Part shown: positions 56,401-62,139 of the stretch, piece by piece
How the letters are laid out: each line of letters starts with the position of its first letter
How positions within the stretch are numbered: position 1 is the first letter of the stretch
DNA from: a virus
Taxonomy: Duplodnaviria > Caudoviricetes
Direction: 5' to 3' (one strand)
Virus record (IMG/VR): IMGVR_UViG_3300023179_000110
Span: 1 to 62,139 of that record
Length of the DNA: 62,139 nt
The notes under the pieces: model-generated
Seen by the model: the letters and a program-made list of their open reading frames with translations, nothing else
Database searches by the model: none
What the model was told of the DNA's origin: nothing
Position numbers and translations under genes: made by a program

Positions 56401-56758
56401 GAGTCGCATCTCTTAATTTCAAATAACCAAGACCAGTGGAACGACCAACCGCTTGCATCGCAATGTCAAGTTCGTTAACACGGGCGGCCGCTTCAAAAGA
56501 CTTAACGCCAAAATGAACTAATGCACCGCCAGCAATACCAGCAACAACGCCAAGTGAAGCAAGTCCTTTGTTAATCAACTCGGAACGCATTTGCATGCCT
56601 TCCATGCTTGCGGTCATTCCATTGATTTGTTCAGTTCCACCAGAAACTGCTTGTTGCATACGCTGTGCAGAATCGGCGGCCAGTTGCATGCCACGCACAA
56701 AATTAGCGGAGTCAGCAGAAATCCTCGCAATGACATCGGTTACGATGGATTCGGACAC
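53489..56758 (-). CDS. Tape measure protein
   Basis: 1089 aa Ala/Gly-rich amphipathic repeats; after tail chaperones. Confidence 0.92.
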   Translation of the reverse strand: MSESIVTDVIARISADSANFVRGMQLAADSAQRMQQAVSGGTEQINGMTASMEGMQMRSELINKGLASLGVVAGIAGGALVHFGVKSFEAAARVNELDIAMQAVGRSTGLGYLKLRDATLAVRDNGIEMHAAQEMVLLYAKANLDVAKAQQVSRVAQDLAVISQSNSTETATRLTYAIMNQDTQMLRSVGITKSASEAFSEYAVANHMSVKSMTEMDKKAAITNMIIAEGAKVAGVYEKAMKEPAKVLRSFPRLFDDIQEAVGQGLTKAFGPLIVTAYEATKAFSHLVREGGALNYIFDAIGRVFTYIMKPATEMIAKIAEFFKKKQELFEMSKKWRESAQGVAELNAQTKHLAQKFAMLMPFITALTGFLAIKAGNTFLGDLPFIGGFLESLNPVLGALVGMILTSPEIQHALMSIVTSLKPLLNIGMEVAGVFSKVLNGALHLVAMGLERMAKWLAVGVQWLDKHRIVVYAIVAILAIYMLRTQGVSKATELWGKATEFVKKMLAGVNWQILATTAVIVVLVGAFIYAYQHSTAFAKNVDKAFNAIAKIVMTTIGYALKALGWLVTGYGQLMSATSGFGKFIRQWYTAIGKAIFTVIGFVLTMYGRFLLAMSENIKAHGVLYKAIVAVVNGILKVYSAVISAILQGVATVLRGLGKWLTGMQSFGQSFTEVVNGLIGIAKNLGHILFEIFKGVGKAIWNLGKSIVNGVTNWAKGILGAQSEVEDSTAQLGDTAQKWGVKIGDQMLGFADKLDSWAETVRNVGNTPVGEKVAEFLGKAFGIAGTQLVKWGAQATDFAGKVEGIVNTVVNTISDGALKAGAWLTSAGDTVLSHANDDFASRLKETAKNFGELAGDLFGKGAEQPKDMGKNPIVTANEKMVNDLKKLGKSAKEIAKDTAKSVLDEMKRKAQEVLDFADEIRKNISSYGSLMSLQATADTPVSAEMIYANLQQRLARITEFGKDLKTLAGMGLNNAYLQELIGAGPEAGDKMAKALIGAGKSGVEKVNTLQSAIDVGAYAIGDIGAKSQFNMGVAEAKGVQATTVQTFQNGAFQFHFGANVDHATRVEMNKWMTKAIKQAFAEAVRQGKAK

Positions 56759-56774
56759 TTCAACTCCTCACAAG

Positions 56775-56943
56775 TTAATCTTTAGATTCTTCGGCTTCCA
56801 ATGCGTACAAAGCCTCCCATTGCATTAACTCATAACCAGAAATTGGGGGTTGGTTGGCAGTGCCGTACAGCAACTCACCAACCGTTTTCCCCAACTCTCG
56901 TGCCAGAGTGAATACGAATCTACGATTCGGATACAGCAGGAAA
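56775..56943 (-). CDS. Tail assembly chaperone C-terminal extension (frameshift product)
   Basis: RRFVFTLARELGKTVGEL...EL..W.A.Y..E, lambda gpT-like; +1 frame relative to the chaperone. Confidence 0.7.
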
Positions 56944-57291
56944 CTGCTTACCTGCTTGTTCAACCTCATCATTCGTGAGTCCACCGACCTGCATACCTTC
57001 TTGAGCCAAACGGTCAAGAGCAGTAGCAGATTTCGCCAGCAACAAGTCTTTGTCCTCTGGAGTAAAAATTTGTTCCCCAGTTTCAGGGTCAAAGCACGAA
57101 GCAATAACAATCGCTGGGTACATAATCCGTAAGTCAACTTGACCCGTAGCAGGGTCAACGGCGTTCTCAAGGATTGTGGTACGGTCAGCACCAGTCATTC
57201 CACGGACTTCCACATCAATGCCCCATTCAGGTACATTAACGATTTTCTTTCGTATGTCATCTGTTGCCAGAATCTTGTCACGAAGGGACAT
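56920..57291 (-). CDS. Tail assembly chaperone
   Basis: LRDKIL..DD.....V.VPEWG..V.VRGMTG..R; AGGAG RBS. Confidence 0.85.
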   Translation of the reverse strand: MSLRDKILATDDIRKKIVNVPEWGIDVEVRGMTGADRTTILENAVDPATGQVDLRIMYPAIVIASCFDPETGEQIFTPEDKDLLLAKSATALDRLAQEGMQVGGLTNDEVEQAGKQFPAVSES

Positions 57292-57338
57292 TTTTACTCC
57301 TAGGGTTTGGGGCACTAAGCCACGATTGTTTTATTTAG

Positions 57339-57779
57339 TTATGCTGTTGCACGGGTTACTGCACCAGTAACCTGTAGTTCCAAAGAAAACGCTACTACAT
57401 CAGCCACGCCAGCCTTGACTTCGTATGACTTAATTAATGCAGTACCATTGTATTTTGGATTGGTTGCAGAAGTCGCACCACTATTGGCTTTGTATTCCCA
57501 GTTGAGAACCGAGATAGTTCCACCCTGCAATGCTGTAATTGCGGTCTGAATGTTTGCATCAATAGTTGCGTCAAACTTACCGCTAATTGAAATGCTTGCA
57601 TCCTGCAAACCAGTGATGTAAGCCTTTGCTGAGTTGCCAAGGGCTGTAACTTCACCCATGTCAATTGAGCGTGAAAAACCGACATCTTGAATGTAACTTG
57701 AAATGTCTGTAAGTGTTGGTGATACCGCACCGTCATCTAATTTGAATTGGGCGGATTTACCGTGGCGAAAAGTTGGCAT
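57339..57779 (-). CDS. Major tail tube protein
   Basis: MPTFRHG...DIS....V........EVT..G...K.YI.GL.D..ISISG...VADVV.FS.ELQVTG.VT. Confidence 0.85.
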   Translation of the reverse strand: MPTFRHGKSAQFKLDDGAVSPTLTDISSYIQDVGFSRSIDMGEVTALGNSAKAYITGLQDASISISGKFDATIDANIQTAITALQGGTISVLNWEYKANSGATSATNPKYNGTALIKSYEVKAGVADVVAFSLELQVTGAVTRATA

Positions 57780-57780
57780 G

Positions 57781-58761
57781 TTATCTCCTTGAAAAAGCCA
57801 ATGAGTAGGTGAGGCTACCAGTTCCCGTTGAACTGGTAACTACAGCACGAACATAACGATTAACAGTCGCTGAAGACGATGTTAAACGCTCTGCCGTGAC
57901 AAGCGATGCAGTTGTATTGACAAAAGTAGCCAGAGCAGTCCAATTGGTATTGTCAGTTGAATGTTGAACTACAATTGTCGGATTTGTTGTTAGTGTGTTT
58001 GCAGTCACATGTAAATGTGCTACATAACCTCGTGAAGTGGCACCAAGGGTTGCACCATTGTCTAAAGTTGTGCCATTGTTGGCACCAGAACCACCTGTAA
58101 CAGTTGTAGCACCCTGAAGCACATAACCAGCCTCAATGCCACCATCTGCTTGTAATTCTGCCGATACAGAAACCACATCAGCAACTGCCGATTTAATTTC
58201 ATAACTTTTCATTACGGTGCTTGCCATCAAGCACCGTGTACCTTGAGTCAAACCTTCTTGACATACGGTGACAAAACGGTTGTCGTCAGTGTAAGCACTT
58301 CCACCTGTTGAAGATGCCGTGGCAACTGGGGCTGTGAAAATTAAACTAAAACTGGTTGTGGTTGGTGCAGGTGAAGATGCAACCACGCCAGTAACATTAT
58401 GTGTAGTCTGAGTCGTATTAATTACGCTAACTCGTTGACCAGCAATGAAAGCCCGTTCCATGACTGGAACAACAAAAGCAATGTAGTTAGTTCCGTTGCT
58501 AGTACCTGAAGTAATGTTGCTCGCATTGTCAGCAACTAAAGCACTGCGAAGAACTGGGTCATTTTCAGAACCTTCAAAAAGTCCACTTAAAGAAATACCA
58601 GCATCTTCTATGCCAGTTATGTAAGTTTTTGCATCTACGCCAAAAGTGGTTGTTTCACTAGCATCAATTTGATTGGAAACACCAGCAGAATTCATGTATT
58701 GGGACAAGTTGTTGGCATCAAATAAAATAGCGGTTTTGCGACCATGACGGAAAGTTGGCAT
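57781..58761 (-). CDS. Second tail-tube-like protein with inserted and C-terminal beta domains
   Basis: Same MPTFRHG start and KSYE.K..VADVV...ELQ motif as 57339-57779. Confidence 0.8.
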   Translation of the reverse strand: MPTFRHGRKTAILFDANNLSQYMNSAGVSNQIDASETTTFGVDAKTYITGIEDAGISLSGLFEGSENDPVLRSALVADNASNITSGTSNGTNYIAFVVPVMERAFIAGQRVSVINTTQTTHNVTGVVASSPAPTTTSFSLIFTAPVATASSTGGSAYTDDNRFVTVCQEGLTQGTRCLMASTVMKSYEIKSAVADVVSVSAELQADGGIEAGYVLQGATTVTGGSGANNGTTLDNGATLGATSRGYVAHLHVTANTLTTNPTIVVQHSTDNTNWTALATFVNTTASLVTAERLTSSSATVNRYVRAVVTSSTGTGSLTYSLAFSRR

Positions 58762-59000
58762 TATTCTGACACCTCTTCTTCAATTACGGGTTCATCAATA
58801 ATGGTTTCTTCAGTAACTTCAGGAATCTCAACTGATGCAACATTTTTTGACGATTTTCCGTCTTCAACAAGTTCGATTGCATTTTCAGCAAGAAAGTATT
58901 TAACGCTTTTTGGAGGCAAATCATCAATGATTTCCCCTGCTTGGACATGATTATTTGGTGGGTAACTTATTAAAAAGTTAAGTACCCGATACTTAGCCAT
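58761..59000 (-). CDS. Small tail-associated protein
   Basis: KYRVL...ISYPP....AGEIIDDLP..SVK..L....IE; ATG 59000. Confidence 0.7.
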   Translation of the reverse strand: MAKYRVLNFLISYPPNNHVQAGEIIDDLPPKSVKYFLAENAIELVEDGKSSKNVASVEIPEVTEETIIDEPVIEEEVSE

Positions 59001-59129
59001 TTCCAGTCCCGTCTGTAGGCAAGGCGAAATCCCTGCCATAAGACCACCAAGGGTACGGTAACGGCTGGGGACACCTTGGTCACTTCGTTACCACATAGAA
59101 TACATTTTTTGCGTGACACGCCCATAAAG

Positions 59130-59178
59130 AAACGCCGAGTCATTCCGAAAGCAAGAAAAGAAATGACTCGGCGTTTTT
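59130..59178. terminator. Intrinsic terminator hairpin
   Basis: aaacgccgagtcatt ... aatgactcggcgttt perfect 15-bp stem. Confidence 0.75.
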
Positions 59179-59267
59179 GTTTAGGAAGGACAAACTAACT
59201 AAACAAGCAAACCGTTAGGGAGTTTGCATGTTAGCCAGTTTAACCAGATGAATCATGTTGGTCAACT

Positions 59268-60512
59268 TTACAGTTGCCATTCAATGTTTTTCAAGGCTTC
59301 TTTTTCAGCCTTGGTCAACTTTGGCTTAACCTCGGAGCATCGGGTCAACAGTGTTGAGTTCAAACCTTTGTAATTATCAAATCCCTTGACCGTTCCCTTC
59401 AGGTCAACCACACTGCCAATCTCTGCATCAAAACTGCCAGTTGAGAACCATTTGAATCGGGCACCCTCAGCAACGAAGGTGTAGATGGTTGTCCAGCCGT
59501 AGTCACTAGCGAATCCGAAGATGTCCACCACCTTGGCTTTGTTCAGTACCAACTTGGTGCCAGTTTCAGCAAACTGCGTTTGGATGGTAACTTCGCCTTC
59601 CAACTCAAGACGCTTGTTGGCTTCGGCTTCGGCTTTGGCTTTTTCCCACTCGGCTTTTTTCAAAACCGCAATGACCGAAACCAGCAACCCGACCAAGGAA
59701 GGAAACGCATACTCACTTTTAAGTGCAACCTTCAAGTTGTCGTAGTAACCGCCATGTTTATCGGCTACGAACTCAAGACCCTTGACGATGATGTCTTTGG
59801 CTTCGGCTTCGTATTTGCCAGTGGAGATTGAATCCCGTGCTTGAGTAAAAGGTTTGATGTAAGAGTTTTCGGTTTGTTCCACGGAAACCGAATAATCAAA
59901 ACCCAAAACTTTTTCTTTGGTTGAACCGTATTGACTGGATGGGATGTAGCCACCGTCAATTTCTGCGATAACCGCTAGGGCTTTTTCCAAAGCCCGAACC
60001 GTGGTGTCTGGGTAATCCCGAACGCTTCCGTAGCCACCAAACGCTTCTTCCAACTCATCCTTGGAACTAACAATGCTTGGCGTGAAAACCCAGCCCAAGA
60101 AATCTTTGGTACAGGTAGAGCCAACCACTTTGCGTTCGCCTTCGGCGTTTTCAACTACGACTTGGTAGTTACGCTTACGATTGGTACCACAGTGGTCACA
60201 GGCGTTTTGTTTAACCAGTGAACGGTCAATTTCAGCACCTTCGTAGTTAGGCGAAGATTTAGTGACAAATAAGTTTGTTTCAGGAACCCATTCGATGACC
60301 CCAACAAAAGTCCAACCACCGATTTCATAAGGTGTACCCGTAACAACAATTTCGTAATTGACTGCAAGCGTTTCTGGATTGATTCGCTCAATAAGTTCAA
60401 CGGAATAACCGCCGTTCAAGCCTTTTTTCTTACCACGCTTGACCAGTTTTTGAGCCTTTTCAAGCGATGCTTGGGCTGATAACGGGTCAACTACCCAACT
60501 GAAGATTTCCAT
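59268..60512 (-). CDS. Zn-finger + C-terminal OB-fold-like hypothetical protein
   Basis: CDHC...R.R......VGSTC..DFLG; C-terminal FKWF...LKGTVK....Y.G...T.LTRC. Confidence 0.8.
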   Translation of the reverse strand: MEIFSWVVDPLSAQASLEKAQKLVKRGKKKGLNGGYSVELIERINPETLAVNYEIVVTGTPYEIGGWTFVGVIEWVPETNLFVTKSSPNYEGAEIDRSLVKQNACDHCGTNRKRNYQVVVENAEGERKVVGSTCTKDFLGWVFTPSIVSSKDELEEAFGGYGSVRDYPDTTVRALEKALAVIAEIDGGYIPSSQYGSTKEKVLGFDYSVSVEQTENSYIKPFTQARDSISTGKYEAEAKDIIVKGLEFVADKHGGYYDNLKVALKSEYAFPSLVGLLVSVIAVLKKAEWEKAKAEAEANKRLELEGEVTIQTQFAETGTKLVLNKAKVVDIFGFASDYGWTTIYTFVAEGARFKWFSTGSFDAEIGSVVDLKGTVKGFDNYKGLNSTLLTRCSEVKPKLTKAEKEALKNIEWQL

Positions 60513-60567
60513 TTAGCCTCCCTGTCCTTACAGTTTAAGTTTAACACAACTTGGGTTTAGTTTCAAC

Positions 60568-60756
60568 TTAACGATAACCAGCGTCATGAAGTGCTTCGAA
60601 AATTAAAGCCACATCTTTTCGGGCTTTTTCGTATCGGGCTGGTTCTGCAACTGGGTCGAATACATAAGATTCGTACGCCTGAAGCACTGAATCGAGTTTT
60701 GCTATTTGTTCTGCACTGAATTCAACGGTAATTGTGGTGCCTTTTTGGATTCCCAT
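60568..60756 (-). CDS. Hypothetical protein
   Basis: GGAAGGACA RBS and upstream promoter motif. Confidence 0.65.
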   Translation of the reverse strand: MGIQKGTTITVEFSAEQIAKLDSVLQAYESYVFDPVAEPARYEKARKDVALIFEALHDAGYR

Positions 60757-60789
60757 AAAGTGTCCTTCCTATCTGACACTTTCATCCTA

Positions 60790-61095
60790 TCACACCTTTG
60801 GTTTAGTTTTTGCCATTTCCCGTTCAGCCCGTTCCTCACGAACCATGGCTAAAGTTAAAAAGTATCCAATGCCATCAATTATGGTGTCGGATTTTGGTTT
60901 GTGAACTTCACGAGCAATTTTTACCCCAATCATGCACAAGGCAACTTGTTCAGCACTGACAGGAATCCCCAAAATGGACTCCCAAATTAACCCAGCACGA
61001 GAAAAATCGTCTAGTGGATGCCCGTACTCATCGTTTCTATCCCCACTAACCAGACTGGCCGCATACGAGGCAATGTCATTGGGATGTTGCATCAC
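60790..61095 (-). CDS. DUF6378-like protein
   Basis: A..LV.GDR...YG.P...F......W..ILG......QVALCM...K.AR......D...D..GY. Confidence 0.8.
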   Translation of the reverse strand: MMQHPNDIASYAASLVSGDRNDEYGHPLDDFSRAGLIWESILGIPVSAEQVALCMIGVKIAREVHKPKSDTIIDGIGYFLTLAMVREERAEREMAKTKPKV

Positions 61096-62139
61096 AAAAC
61101 CTCCAAATCAGCAACTCGCTTGTCGGGATACACCGCAAATGTCAAAATTCCAGCATCTGAGTATTCGCCCGACACCAAACGCCACCATTCGGAACCTGAG
61201 TCCAGAGCAGGTGCTTGTAGCCACACACAGCCACCCCAATCGGCTTGACGCAAATGATGGTAGTGACCAGTCACAAGAATGTCAGAATTGCCTATGTGCT
61301 GTTTACCGCCAGCCATTTTGTTGTACCAAGCATGCAATTTGGACTCAGCCGTACCACCTGAACGAGCGACATGCCCGTGGGTCAAACCAAGAATCCAACC
61401 AGCAATTTCCACCGTAATTGTTAAATGGTCTTTCGGCAGTACAAACTCAACATGTCCGTAAGCCTCTTTATTTGACGCTAAAATTTCAGCAACTTGTTCC
61501 ACTACAGCCAAATCATCGTTATCACCAAAAGTTGTAAACGCTTTTCCAGCACCACCACGATTTTCGCCATGGTTGCCAGCAACTGCCACTACAACCACTT
61601 TGTCAAACAATTTTGACCAGCGAATCAGGGAATCACGCAACAATCTACGAGTTAATTTAACTTGGTCACGCCTGTCTAATTCGGTGGTGAATGTCTGCAT
61701 CTCATAATGCCCCACACAGCCCTCTACGCTGTCACCAGTCCACAAAACAAACAAGGTACCTAGTGGGCGACCTATCTTACGCAATTCCTTTACACGGGCT
61801 TCTACAGCGTCTATGCCTTGCAAAACCCTGTGGACTGTGCCGTTTGTGCCTTCTTTACCAATTTGCCAATCTGCAAGAACTACACAAAAAGCCCCATCGC
61901 CAACGGGTAATTTTTTGGCAGGTTTGTGTTTTTTGATTTCATCAATTAATTCGCTAATGTCCACCCGTTCATGTTGAACTCGGCGGATAATTTTGGCTTT
62001 CCATTGCCTAAAAAGTTGTGGACCTTCAGCCGTAGCACCATGCCAAGCGTTAAATAAAACAGGCTCTACTACTTGATACTCGTCAGGATTTAACTCAAAA
62101 ACGGATAATACGGCACCCCATTCAGGGGCATCAGTCCCA
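61092..62139 (-). CDS. Calcineurin-like metallophosphoesterase, 3' part (same gene as 1-1096)
   Basis: DWQIG, GDSVEG, GNHGE, THGH, GHYHH motifs. Confidence 0.9.
   Translation of the reverse strand, partial: GTDAPEWGAVLSVFELNPDEYQVVEPVLFNAWHGATAEGPQLFRQWKAKIIRRVQHERVDISELIDEIKKHKPAKKLPVGDGAFCVVLADWQIGKEGTNGTVHRVLQGIDAVEARVKELRKIGRPLGTLFVLWTGDSVEGCVGHYEMQTFTTELDRRDQVKLTRRLLRDSLIRWSKLFDKVVVVAVAGNHGENRGGAGKAFTTFGDNDDLAVVEQVAEILASNKEAYGHVEFVLPKDHLTITVEIAGWILGLTHGHVARSGGTAESKLHAWYNKMAGGKQHIGNSDILVTGHYHHLRQADWGGCVWLQAPALDSGSEWWRLVSGEYSDAGILTFAVYPDKRVADLEVL
61190..62139. repeat. Terminal overlap copy 2
   Basis: Begins cggaacctgagtccagagca like position 1 and ends atcagtccca like position 950. Confidence 0.97.

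Noticed and set aside
58998-59095. HDV-like ribozyme
   Set aside because: Only about 4 nt lie where P3/L3 would be needed, so the topology does not fit; kept only as a generic structured leader.
1-62139. tRNA or rRNA genes
   Set aside because: Intergenic gaps are short and no cloverleaf was recognised by eye; tRNAscan/ARAGORN would be needed to exclude them.

Overview
The window is a complete, circularly permuted genome of a tailed siphovirus-like phage. The unit length is 61,189 bp, and 1-950 is repeated at 61190-62139 with about 20 mismatches. WhiB, the actinobacterial-type SSB, the DUF732-like lipoprotein and the SLT suggest an actinobacterial host. Almost all genes are on the minus strand, apart from a small plus-strand early block (32.5-36.6 kb). 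Head, neck, tail, packaging, lysis and recombination/replication-initiation genes are recognisable. I found no integrase, DNA polymerase, tRNA or CRISPR. Main discovery: a 16-kb AT-rich array (7.3-23.1 kb) sits between the MuF/portal genes and the XkdF-like protease/scaffold/capsid genes. It encodes polyproteins in which 17 copies of one peptide tag (hydrophobic-x-K-H-(L)xGQHDQS(S/T)HGNWA) each introduce a separate domain. These domains include ADP-ribosyltransferase-like, DUF3626-like, HExxH zincin, Zeta kinase, ParB-like and possible SAM-lyase types. Two more tagged genes follow the terminase. Many cargo domains are followed directly by a family-specific small peptide or domain, often fused to the front of the next gene. 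This resembles a daisy-chained toxin/inhibitor system that is packaged into the head and released by the capsid protease (inference). Second system: a CmoA-like gene is coupled to a C5 DNA methyltransferase whose motif X reads GRT instead of GNS, which predicts DNA carboxymethylcytosine. The methyltransferase also has an out-of-frame partner ORF. Every Ala-Ala I checked is encoded so that GCNGC overlaps GGCC. All family calls are from motif recognition by eye; no searches were run.
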